From positions 1 to 27,784 of the forward strand of contig JBHGNT010000407.1 of NCBI GenBank assembly GCA_043228905.1: a stretch of DNA of 27,784 nt, given 5' to 3'. A program made the translations under genes and the position numbers. The notes beneath the pieces were generated by a model. That model did not search any database and had not been told where the DNA came from. It saw only the letters and a list, made by a program, of their open reading frames with translations. Positions within the stretch are counted from its first letter, which is position 1. Every line of letters begins with the position of its first letter. Origin of the DNA: Azolla caroliniana. Lineage: Eukaryota > Plantae > Polypodiophyta. Positions 1 through 12,078 of this stretch are shown here, piece by piece.

Positions 1-225
1 ATTGGGGGTTGTAGATTTGGAAGATGTGGTTGATAATGAATCTCAATGCTTGTTGGAATTTGAAGATGCCAAATGACAGTTATGTATTCTCCCAAATTAT
101 GGATTTATTTGGGAGGAATTACAAGATATACCATTCTTGGATGAATCTTTGCCATTGGAAACAAATGTTGTGCCTTGGGTTGATAGGTTGTTACAACATT
201 GTACACACTTGTTATAGGTCACCAG

Positions 226-226
<1 letters not shown>

Positions 227-262
<36 letters not shown>

Positions 263-265
263 GTA
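227..265. repeat. (AT)n(ATGT)n microsatellite
   Basis: Directly visible. Confidence 0.95.
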
Positions 266-732
266 TCACCATGCAATGGCATCAATATATTGGGTTATCA
301 CCATATTGCAATGTGGTTTGCATTCCCATTTTTCATTTCATGCAAAGGTAATCATACGGGGAGAGTCAAGTCATGATTAGTGGGCTACCATTAGGTTCAA
401 CCTTAAAAGAGACGAGGACTAGGGTGAAGTAAGTGCTTCGTTTGCACCATTTCGTTGGAGGACAATACACATAGGCTCAGTAGACGTCCTATAGCACATA
501 TCATTTGGAAGCACTTATTAGATATTCGACAAGTTTTAACCCATTGTTATTTGAGGCCTCAACAATGGGTATTTTTCCCTTAGTATGTTCAAAATGGTCT
601 AAATGACGAGTTGGAGACATTGTTCACATTTTTACGATATCGGGGATTCCAACACAATTGGATATACATATGGGTAGTAATGCTTTCATGTTTTGATAGT
701 ATATGATATATGATTCTATAATATCTTCTATG

Positions 733-848
733 TACATACATACATACATTATACATACATTATACATACATACATACATACATACATTATACATACATGA
801 TACATACATACATACATATATACATACATGATACATACATATACATAC
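733..848. repeat. Imperfect (TACA)n microsatellite just upstream of the ESP1-like leader
   Basis: Directly visible, ~115 bp. Confidence 0.95.
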
Positions 849-854
849 ACAGTT

Positions 855-3800
855 AGGGTTCTTCGAATCTGGTCCCTCCCTCGCGATTTCCAACTCTGCG
901 GTCTTCTGCAGAACCATCGCTTTCTTCATCCCTCCCGACACACACGTCAACGTCAAGGTCAGTACACAGAGAATCCTTCTCTCCCTCTCTGTCTCTCTCT
1001 GTCTCTCTCGGTCTGTTTCCTGCTCTTGTTTCATGCTCGCGCTCACGAATCGCTTCGAACCAATGTATGTTTACCTGTTTCTGTTCGTCCTCGATCCCGT
1101 CTCCTTTAAAGCATCAAATTCATGGAGCCTCTTTAAACTGCATTATCATTTCGTTTCTGCGTATCCCGTTCTCTCGTTCTTTTCACGTGTTCTTTTTTTA
1201 GCCTAAAAGTCCCATCTTTCTTCATCTTCTTTCAAATAAGCTTATGTTCTTTCGTCAATAAAGGTGATTTCTTGTTCAGATTGTGTTTGATATATGGGAA
1301 ATCATTCTTGTTTTCTCCCTCAAAGTGAAAAATGGAAGGAAACATTCTTAGGTTTAAGTTAAATACATTTTGTATTTTGATTCAGTTATACGCTTCGATT
1401 TTAACTTCACATAAAATTTGCAGCTCGTTTCATGTGGTCATAAAGAAGAAAATGGTTGGTGTTGTGTTATATTACGAATATAGGTGAGGAGCTTAATCGA
1501 CAGTTCCTGGGATATTTTCTCTCAACGTTGGCCTCGATCGCCACATGAACAAGACATTATGCACAAGAGTGACATATTACGTTCGCATTTTCCTTACAAG
1601 CGTAGCATTCAGAAACTATTTAGAAAGTGAGAGAGGGTTAATTGACAATGCGAAAGAAATCATGTAAAAACCTTTGAAAACAACCATATAAATGGTTGAA
1701 TAGAATAGGAGCGTGAGATGTTTTTTGACAGTATATGAGTTCGTCTTTTCTTAATTTTAATAATGTTCAAACCAGCAATTCGTAAACGATATATTATCTC
1801 TTAGAGAGTTGTGGCTTACAAAGTTTGGGTGTTCTAAAACTTTCTGTGTGCATTTCGGCAGCATTATGTATGTGGGTGTTGGAGTGTTTCGTTTGTTGCC
1901 ACTATTGAGTAAGCATGATTAGTAACCCAACCTTGACTCAACTAAACTGGCTCCATCTTTATATGAAAAACCTTCATTTATTTCTTAGATTTTAGATATT
2001 AGTTATGAAGTTGAATAGTGCCTAGGAGATGTAATCTTGATTCCTTTTTAGAAAGCACATATTTACACTGTTTAAACAATCAATCTGTTGCTGGAAGCTG
2101 AGGCTAGGTTTAAAAGTTTTATTTAACGTCAATGTGAGGGAGGAATGTAGTTTGACACCAGATTGAGAAAAAGTGAGGCTGAAGGGTTGTGTGGATGGCC
2201 GCAATTTATGCGAACTTTCCTTTTCTCCATTTTGTCATGGATGCAAGTCACAGTTTTAAATTGGAATTGAGAATGATGTGATGGGGATGTGAGCTTATAT
2301 GGAGGGGAGTTTCAAACTATACGGGTTTGTATAGGTTTTAAAGATACACCTTGTTCTGTCTTTGATGCTTGGGTCCTGCCAATGTTCTGTGTGTTGCATA
2401 TGGCTATTTTGTAGAATTTAAGTTTTTTTATTTGTAGGACAAAACAGTCAATTCCTGCAGGGACTGGCCGTTCTTCAGCAGTTCTTCAGCAGCGAAGTTT
2501 TTCTAATAGTTTTGAAGTTTGTTTGACTACCACTTTTGCCATTGCTGCTGCGTTTCTTTTGTATAGTTTGCAATCACTCTTTATTCCCTGGGCCAAGATT
2601 ATGATATGATGTAAAAATGAGATCAAGGATGTGACCATGATACACAGACCTGTTAATGCAAAACAGAAACTTGGATCCTGTAAAGATTTGTCTAGCTAGA
2701 CCTAGCAAACACTCAAAAATATGTCCCATGCTCATTCATGAACATAACATCTTTGATATTCCTCTAGATATTGATGTATTTCCTCACGTTTTTTTCTCTT
2801 TCCTAGTTAATTGTTGAATTGGAACTATTTAGAAGTGATACAATTATAGCTCTTTTTCACGTTTTTTTCTATATTTTTGTAATGACGTAAACCTTAAGAT
2901 ATAGTTAGGATACACTTACCTTCAGGTTAAAGAGTGTTCAGATTATGTATCATATGAGGATTTAAAGAATGTTCATATCACATTTAAGGTAATGCTACCC
3001 GAATCTCTTAATGAAAGAATCATTTTATCACACTTAACCCAGTACTTTCTAAAATCCACTGCTCTTCCTTGAAACATTGTAACAAAAGGAGTCTTCGTGT
3101 GATCATTGAAATTTATTCAAAAGCCTAAATTAATGTTTTGGGTAGATAATCTAATATGTTAGACCGCGTTTTCTATTTTAATGTGATACACGTGGTAAAG
3201 TTCAACCTCTTTTGTTGGTTTTCTTAGGAGTCAGTCCTTGTTCCATGTTATTTTTTAACCAACATATGGGTTTTATAATGCCTGATTACACTGCCTTTTC
3301 TTCTCTTCTTTTTGGACAAAATATTGAGCCTGTTCAAAACTAACGTGGTCTCTTTTTTCTTGTCAACAGTTGGAAGTGCAGATTAATTCTGTTGCATCCC
3401 AGAGGACAGGTCCAGAAAATACCTTTTTGAAGCTGGTTAGCTTCCTTTTCCTGGTGGGTCATCAAAATAAACCTGGGAGAAGAGAATACTTAGGTTTTCA
3501 ACAATGTGCGCTACTTCATATGAAATACACTTTTTTATTCAACTCCTTTAGTTACCTCCTACATATGTACAAATACTTTTTCTGCTTTCTGTTCAGAATG
3601 TTGTGTATTAAGGTATTGTTTCATTGCAATTAAATTTTCTTTTCTGTTAACTTGAGGCAATCTTTAGTATGGAGCTTATATTATTTATCTGGGAAACTTC
3701 ACTATCCATAAAGTTTAAATGTTTATGATACTTGAAGGGAGTGGTGAAATATGATATTTGCTATCAAGCTATGAAGAACTTAGGTGTATGTACTTGAAGG

Positions 3801-4916
3801 GAGTGGTGAAATATGATATTTGCTTTCAAGCTATGAAGAACTTAGGCATATGAACTTAGAAAGATACATTTAAGTGTGCCATGTTTTGTATATAATTTTA
3901 TCTTCCCAAGAGATCAATACATTCTCTTTCATTCACAAGTTGCATTCAAAATGGAAAGTCTAGTCATATGGACGTATGACCACATCTTTCAGTGACGTTT
4001 TCTGTCAAGGTCTATGTTTTTTCACCACATCATGTTATTATCTTGTTTAGATCTCTGCAGAATTTCCTACTGCAAGTTTTTTAAAATCTTTATAGTGCTT
4101 ATTGATTAATTATAAAGCAATAATCTTTCCACAGTAATCCAACCACAATGATGGAAAAAAATTCTTTTCCATTTTTAAAGAGGTTATCTGCGACTTTTGC
4201 AAACCTCTGTCTATGTTATGTAACACTCATTATATTATAAAAAATCTGTAACCCAATTTGATTTTCAGGCCAATTTAGGTATGCAGTCATAGGAAATGGG
4301 ATATTTCTCTTGCTAGTTGTTTCAGTAAGATGCGAACCTCAAGTTATTGAACTACATTGCTGTTTTTATTGGCTGAGAAACTGAAATCAGATTTTGTATG
4401 GTGTGGGAACGACAAGTTAATGAAATTTCCATTATCATTATAGTGGTAGAATTGCACTATCAAGTTTGAGTTTCTAGCTGTGATAAGATGATATCACAGG
4501 GCCATTTGCAAACTTATGCATAACTTACCCCAAATATGTATGCATGATGATAGCTTATAATCTGCCTACTGAGAGAACACAACTGGTGCACACTTACTCT
4601 GTTTCAATTATTTCTATTTGCTTAAAATCTTTGATGGTGGAAAGAGGGTACAGCAGCTTAATTATCCACAATACTAGAATAATGACATTTCTCTAATTTC
4701 CTCAATCCGGAACATGCTAACTTTCTTTGATATGCTTGGGTTTTCCTGCATATAATAGAAGGGATTGTTTTGTTAGGATTCATCCAATAAAATACTACTA
4801 ATGGTGCTGCATTAGAATTTTCTGAGATCGTTGTTTTATGAGAGCAGGTTTTTTATACTGTTTTTTGAGCTTGCAGGTCAGAAGGCAATTGTAGACCGCT
4901 ACTCCTAGTTTCTATA
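855..4916 (+). other. Probable 5' UTR of the ESP1-like gene with a long leader intron
   Basis: CpG/pyrimidine-rich first-exon-like segment ~855-957 ends in donor AAG|GTCAGT (958), followed by a CT-rich tract. Strong acceptor TTGCAG| at 4876. A possible internal UTR exon lies at 3370-3435 (TCAACAG|...CTG|GTTAGC). Confidence 0.55.
3729..3846. repeat. Tandem direct repeat, 62-bp period, 2 copies
   Basis: TACTTGAAGGGAGTGGTGAAATATGATATTTGCT(A/T)TCAAGCTATGAAGAACTTAGG at 3729 and 3791, one mismatch. Confidence 0.95.
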
Positions 4917-7161
4917 ATGAATGACACCAATTTAGGAACTGTGAGCCTACCGGGTAGTGGAGGAATGGAGGCATCAAGTGTAACTGCTGATACAATAACT
5001 AGTAACCTAGCTAACATGTCAAAACACCAATTATATCAGCTTCTTTCTCAGATGAAGGCAAGTGCAAGTGATTTTTGGCTTTTGTTCTTGAAATATTATA
5101 GCTGGCTACGCCTATCTCTTATTTTCTGTATCTGCAGGATTTGATTCATCAGAATCAACAGCAAGCTCGCCAAATCCTAATTGCAAACCCCCAGTTAACT
5201 AAAACTCTTTTCCAGGTAGGTAAATAGAGTACTAAGATTAAATCAAGCTTAACATCTAGATACCTAGTTAATCAATCATTTACTTCTCTTTGTAAATCAT
5301 AATATCTTTGTGATTCTTGGCATTGATTAATGCTTTCTCTTTGTTTTACAGGCTCAGATAATGTTAGGTATGGTGAGAGCCCCAGAGACGGTGAGAAACT
5401 AAACTAGTTTTCTGTTACATTGACACATTCATACATCTGCTGGTTGTATTTTCGAACAATTCTTACGTTTATGCATAACTAGCTTTTCATGCAGCATAGG
5501 ACAACTGTCTATTCTAATTAGTTTTCTTGTTATATGAAGTCACCTCTTGCAAGTCTGCAAGCTCAAACTTCGCAACCAGCACAGGCTCCACTGGGGCAGG
5601 TGCCATCTAGTCAAACTCAAGTAAGAACTGTAATAACTCAGTCTCCTCCCATTCCACAAATATCTCCTCTGCAAACTCAACCACAAGTGCTACCACAACT
5701 GCAAGTTCAATTGCCTCAAGGACAAGCAACCACTACAACACAACCACCAGCTGTACAATCATCCTTCCCGTTTCAACAACAGCCTATGTTGTCCCAAGCT
5801 CCAAGTGCTGCATTACAACCTAGTCAATCCTCCTTTCCTTATCAGCAAAACATTCAAATTCATCAGCAACTTAGTCCTCGGTCCACTATGATACAATCAC
5901 ATTCATTATCAATGTCTTCATCTACACCGATACAACATCCACAGTCACATCCACCTCAACCTATGCAACCACCAACACCACCTTTACCACAACAGCCACG
6001 GCCTTTGGGACCTTCATCACAGCCTCAACATCAGCATTCACAGGGTATGGGTTTTCACCCTACGCAAGGTCCTCCTTATCATCCGCAACTTCCTTATCAG
6101 GCATGGCATATCTATTCTTCCTAACCAGTATTACATTGATTTAAAACCTATTTTTGTTCGCAAGTGTATTGCTTTTGTTTGTTATGTCAGTTTTGTGAGC
6201 CATTTGGCTTCAAGGCGTCCAGTGGACTAAAATTATATTAAATATGTATCTGTTTTCTTAGTTTCTCTCACCTTTATATGTTTCAACTATTATTGATGCA
6301 GCAACAAGGTGGCTCTCAGACAAACATTGGTATGCCATTCCAGCAGATCCATCCACCTTTGCCTAATCAGCCATTGCCGCAGCATATGTTTCAGGTTTGA
6401 GAAAGTCTTTGCCCCTTTTTTAAAATTTTAAGCATACATATGAGAATTTCATTATTTTTCAGATGTCTCGACTTGATATGAATGCGAACACACAAAGTGT
6501 CATTTTACCATTGGGTGGTGGTCATTCACACCCAGGCCTAGGTTCTCCTAGTGGGTCTGCTCCTTTAGGAATATGGAATCAACAAATGGCATCGAGTGGG
6601 TCTTTGGCTTTACCACAGACTAGTGCAGCTGCACCTATTGGCCATGTGGTACCTGGACATCATCCTTATGCAGCTGCTCCTGCCAATGCACCACCTCCCT
6701 TAAATCATGCTCAAGGATATGGGCAGCAGGTGGCACAATCTCAACCTCAACAACTGCAACCACCACAGGTTTATATCTATTTATTATAGGGAAAACACCA
6801 AAATATCTATATTTCCTCCAATACCCTTAAGCTTTAAAAAGCCACTAGAGTACCCCTGTTTAATGGTATATTTTGTACTGATAGGGATATTCTATTAAAA
6901 TTTGGAAACCTATGCATGTTTTCCTAGAAGTTAGGACTCTCTTTCTAAGGACAAGCATGTGAAGCTCACTTTCACCCTTGTGGCTACAAAAGATGCTTTA
7001 ATGATCCCTTTCTCATGTAGGCATCTATTGAGGCAGAGCAACAGAAGGTATTGCTGCAACAAGTTATGAATTTGACGCACGAACAGATTAATTCTTTGCC
7101 TCCAGAACAGAGACAGCAGGTCCTCCAGCTGCAACAGGCATTCCGAAGCCAAGCTAATTAG
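4917..7161 (+). CDS. ESP1: CstF64-like protein without RRM (ESP1-type; CSTF2 hinge + Q/P-rich linker + CSTF_C), ~452 aa
   Basis: Hand-spliced exons 4917-5057, 5138-5215, 5352-5390, 5540-6100, 6302-6394, 6463-6768, 7021-7161, all phase 0. They give NLANMSKHQLYQLLSQMK|DLIHQNQQQARQILIANPQLTKTLFQ|AQIMLGMV (CstF64/ESP1 hinge) and LLQQVMNLTHEQINSLPPEQRQQVLQLQQAF (CstF64 C-terminal domain). Introns starting at 5058 and 6101 need GC donors, and the acceptor at 5539 is AAG. The symbol reflects similarity to Arabidopsis ESP1 from memory, not tested orthology. Confidence 0.88.
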
Positions 7162-9746
7162 TTGATTGAACATTGTGAAATTCAGTGGGGATTTTGTCAT
7201 GATGAACGCAATAGAAAATCCCCTTCACATGTTCTGATCTTTCACTTGTCCCACCATAATGTATATCAAATGGGTCATGCTCATGTGGCCACTGACGCTC
7301 TAACGGCTTATTTGATATGTTTATGACTTAAGAAAAAAGTCATGAGTTCCAGGTAAAATTTGAAGGGTTAGGGAGATTGTATTTTTAGGATTTCTTTTTG
7401 GCCTACCCTTCATGGAAATGGAGATTGTGTACAGGAATTCCCTGTCTCTATCCTGGAACACAACTTCAGGTTCGTCAACAAATTGTTAAAACAATGTATG
7501 TTACACGTGTCTTAGAATTTCACATGTTCGCAATGTCTCTCTATCTTGCTCATGGTTTATCTTTTTAAAGAAACTATGTGAGTAATGGTCTGTTAAGGAA
7601 TCATCTGTACGTCTATGCATGTAACAGTGATACTATTCAGTATGTCTTAACAAAATCTTTGTTGTTGGAAAAGTTATTTTAATTGTGAGAAATGCATATT
7701 AATAGCTGTAATTGGAGATTGTCTATATATGTTTAATTCATAATATGCAGCTATTACTTGTTTGTATTGTGTACGAAAGGATGATATGGATTAGATGTGG
7801 ATTAAGCGTAATGTTTCAGTAGGGGTCATCAGCAACTGTGCATTTTCTTGGTTTCCATTTGTTTGATCTTGGGATTCTTCCATGTGAGTGCCCAATTTGA
7901 TACAATTCAGCCAATTTTGTCATTTTGCAATTTTGATAATGTATGCACTTGCATATGTTGTGTTTCTACAATAAATGCAAGTGGTGTATTTGTTCTTGAA
8001 GGTCTATTATGTCCTTGATATCGAGGTACTAGTTAGTGGTGGAGCTCATTTGTGTTCTTATTTTGTCAGCAGATTTGAAAGTTTAATTATATTCTCATTC
8101 AATGTTGAATTCAATGGTTCAATTAAGTCATTTTGCAATTACCTCACTCATGGACTCTCTAAAGTATTTTATTACTTAATGTCATTTTGGTTCTTTATTT
8201 GAAATATATTTTTAGAGTTTGGTTTTGCATTTAGTCTCATATGAATACAACTATAGATGGTATGCCATAAATATGACATTACCATATTTATGGATATTGT
8301 TATGTTGCATCTATGGTAATTGATTTCACACTTTACAAAGGTTAAACACCAAAATGATCAAAAAATAGGAAATGTCCCATGTTTTAGATATCTAAGAGAT
8401 AAATTTGTATTAATGTAGTGAATAATGAAAGGTTTTATTTCCATGTAGGTTAAAACATATACAACAATGGAAAATGAGTGAAATGTTAAGATTGAATTTG
8501 TTGTCTGGTCTTTCAAACTTGTAATTCAAATTAGGCCTTGGTAATGTACATTTCCACGAACTTATTCCTTATTTTGTGGGTATCTCTCCTAGAGTCCTAT
8601 GCTAGTTCCTACAAAAGGTCTAATCATTAATGTCATGTAATTATTGTGTGATTGTAGCTTTCCTCTTTTTCATAGTGTCTCCAAGAGTCCTTTGGTTGTA
8701 TGTACTCACTTTTATCAAAGTGTCTAGCTTCTATTCTCTTGATTGTTGGAACTTTTATTCCTATAAATCAAGAACTTCACAATAAAGGCAACCTTGTTAA
8801 TATGTGAAAAGACCTAAGACTTAAAGCATAAAAAATCCTTCATCAATTATTTGATTATTGGAATTTCACATTTCACATTGGTAATATTATTGAAAACACA
8901 ATTCATCAATTTCTTCTCTAGAGAGAATGTCAAACTATGAAGTAAATGAAATTGTAGGCTTCTTCACAATTACTTTGATGCTTAACACTTTCCCATCACT
9001 TTTAATGTTTCCACATGCAATAGTGTCCCAAACTATAGGGCAAGCTAAGATTGTCCAATGCTATCGCTCCTCTGAGATATATTTGTTGCGGGCACATGCA
9101 ATCTGAGACTCATGGACATACAAATTGGTTGATAATACCTCATATTATAATGTAAAACTATATAATTTTCAAAACAAGAGTGATGAATATAGTAGAACAC
9201 ACCAAATAATAATACTCACAACACTCCCATATGTTGGCAAATAATTTAGTATACTTCATTCAGATTGTGTAATGACAAAATTTAAAGTTGAATATGTACA
9301 CTGACCTAGTATCAAGTTTATGAAAAAGAGGTTAACAAATAAAAAAGGCTCGATCCCTTTGGGAAACCTTGCAATATTAGGTAATGGTGTTATAGATACA
9401 CTTATGCATACCTCATCTCCACAACAATACACAAAGAATATTGAAATTACCTTGTTACTAAGCATGGTAGAATTGGATTGCTTTACCAATATGAAAGAGA
9501 TACAAGGATAACTTTTACCATGTAATCATGCTCAAAAGCTCTCACTCGTTTAAAAATTCTCAGCTTGAAGCAAACTACACGAATGTAAACTTTGGAACCA
9601 TTTTCTAATGTTGGTCAAGTGTTTCATTGTGACTGTTGGTCAAGTGTTAGTCACACTAGCGATGTGCATGCATTCATTTGATTGGAAATGAATGTGCATG
9701 TGCAATCAAATGAATGCACATGTGCATGCATTTGTTTGATTGGAAA

Positions 9747-11780
9747 ATGAATCAACCAGTTCATAATGAGGGTTCTCGTTTAACTAGAGTTACACAATCT
9801 ATTCAAATCCTAACAATAACAATTGTCTTAAATTTATTACTCTATGTGCCGCTTATTGTTGCTGGTTTATGGTTAGCTTTTAGACATCATATTGATTGTC
9901 TGATATTTTTGGAAGGACCAACCATATTCATTGGGATTACCTTGTTTTTAACCTCAATAGTTGGTGCAGTGGGTGTTACAAAATGTAAGCTCGTTCTAAT
10001 ATGGGCATACCTTATCATGCTTCTTTTTCTCCTCTTGCTATTATTTTGTTTTACTCTATTTGGTTTTTTTGTGTCTATTAGTGGGGGAGGGCATAAAGGC
10101 CAAAGTTACATGTTCAAAGAGTATCACGTCAATGATTATTCCCAATCGTTTCAGGATAAGATGACCAATTTATTTTTATTTGGTTATTGATCATCAAAGA
10201 AAACTCTGAAATACCCTTTATGTTTTTCTTTAATCTCTGAATGCCCATATCTTTTGTGATATTCTTTAATGCCCTAAGTTAACATGCTCTCACAAAAATG
10301 CATGGTCCTTTTTCTTAACTACACATGCTATTTGGGCATTTTTCAAGTGAATTCATCTTGTTTTTGTTTATATGGCATTTTGGGAAATAACAAAACCTAA
10401 AGAGCATTTGGATAGAAAAGATAGAAGTCAATGACATTTCAAAGTTTAATCACCCTAAATGTAGTTTTCTAGGGCCTTTGGTACGTAAGGCATAACGTGA
10501 ATAAATAATCCAGGTGTCGGATCCCTTCAATTGGGTGAAAATGAAGTTGTGCATCCAAGATAGTAGAATTTGTGTGGCTCTAGACCAAAACTATCCAACA
10601 CTTCTTGAGTTTGAGACCGCGGAGCTCTCCCCCATCGAGGTATTATAAATGAACCCGGTGAGATATATGGTGTAGGTCTAAGACATGTCTTCATGTTTAT
10701 CTAAATGTGTACGTCAAGTTTCTTCACATATTACTTAGCTACACATTCAACAATTGCATGTATGCAAAAACACAACACATATGTGCATGCACACCCACAC
10801 ACACAATAAATGTGTGAATCAATATATGTCCTTCATATTGTCCTCTTATTACCTTTAAAAACCATATCTTCAAACCATGATGTTATTGAATAGCTTGAAC
10901 AATTGGGATTAATCATTCCCTTAACTAAGTGTAGTTAAATGCACCATCTACTACCAAAATATAATGTTCTCAAAAAGCTTTTTCAGTTGTTATCATATTA
11001 TTCTCACTTGAATAGTGTCTGGTATACATATTTAAACGGTAAAAAAGGAGTCTAGAAGTGAATAAAGAAACATGTTGTAATCTACCAAGCTCTCAAATAG
11101 GAATAATCACAAAGCACAAAACATGTAGATTCCATGTACATAAACATTATGATTAGGTTGCGCGCTATAAACTTAATGCAATGTAAAAACATAAGATATG
11201 GCATTTCCAAAACCTAGGAAACAAGGTTGTATTCCATTGTACATATATCATGATTCATGATCAAAGTGTGAGTTGTGCTCTTCACAAATAGATAAAAATG
11301 AAGCTATCCAAATTAAGCATGTCAAGGTAATTAGTTACTAGTACCATACTCTCTATAAAGTATGTAAAGATGCTTTGTTCATTTTATGTATGAGGGTGGT
11401 TACTTCTTAACACTTTTGTTTCCCATTTGAAGTCTGGATGTTGCAAGCCGCCAATTGCATGTGGGTATTCATTTGTCACCCCAATAAAATGGATCAACAT
11501 AACACGAGTTTCAATTATGTCTGACTGTGCTAGATGGAATAATTATCCATCGAGATTGTGCTTTGATTGTCATTCTTGCAAGGCCGGGCTTTTGGAATAT
11601 GTGAAGAAAGATTGGATTCAAGTTGCTAAAGTATGCTTAGTGATCTTAATATTACTACTCATTCTCTATTTTATGACATGGGTAATATTCCTAACCAGCC
11701 TCCGTGATGGTACCTTTTTTATCCACAATTTTCGTCAACATGGATTTTCACGAGGTGCTCAATCCATAGAAATGGATTGA
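9747..11780 (+). CDS. Plant tetraspanin (TET family), ~295 aa; first splice donor non-canonical, so possibly a pseudogene or mutant allele
   Basis: Exon 9747-10160 has three hydrophobic TM segments and GGGHK..YMFKEYHVNDYS. Exon 10514-10639 reads VSDPFNWVKMKLCIQDSRIC...LSPIE. Exon 11433-11780 carries the plant TET signature SGCCKPP, then DCARWNN, LCFDCHSCKAG and TM4. Confidence 0.85.
10201..10447. mobile_element. MITE-like fold-back element in tetraspanin intron 1
   Basis: Ends AAACTCTGAAATACC and GACATTTCAAAGTTT are inverted matches at 12/15 positions. AATGCCC motifs in the left half (10240, 10268) are mirrored by (G)GGCATT in the right half (10334, 10374). No TSD identified. Confidence 0.4.
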
Positions 11781-12059
11781 GGCTTGTTATCATCGAGCTG
11801 GGCTAGTTTAAAGCATATATACATATCATACAAAATTCCTTGTATCTCTCTTTATATTGACTAGAAACCTTAGTGTTTTTCATAAGGTTGGAACAATCCT
11901 TGATGAAATTGTATAAAAATTAAGGTATATAATTGTCATTTTAGGATATTTTTAATAATAACATTACAGATGCATATTTGTTCTAAAGGAATACAATGAA
12001 TTTTAAGACACTAATACGATATGTGGGAAGCAATCAAGTTATAATTATTGCTCATGGAT

Positions 12060-12078
12060 GAGAGAGAGAGAGAGAGAG
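12060..12078. repeat. (GA)n microsatellite
   Basis: Directly visible. Confidence 0.9.

Noticed and set aside
24-1109. ORFs 24-380, 97-285, 624-1046 and 828-1109
   Set aside because: They are kept open largely by AT/TACA/CT microsatellites and have no recognisable domain. The first 600 bp could be TE debris but I cannot assign a family.
2439-3435. Faint resemblance of 2465-2505 and 3370-3435 to decayed first RRM exons of CstF64
   Set aside because: Only a few codons match by eye, there are stops in the relevant frames and no RNP1/RNP2 motif. Not supportable without alignment statistics.
3729-3846. Repeat-spacer (CRISPR-like) reading of the direct repeats here and at 16783-16978
   Set aside because: Eukaryotic context, only two copies each, no unique spacers and no cas genes.
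7975-9511. Short ORFs between the ESP1-like and tetraspanin genes
   Set aside because: AT-rich intergenic sequence with no recognisable motif. It may be old TE debris but is unassignable.
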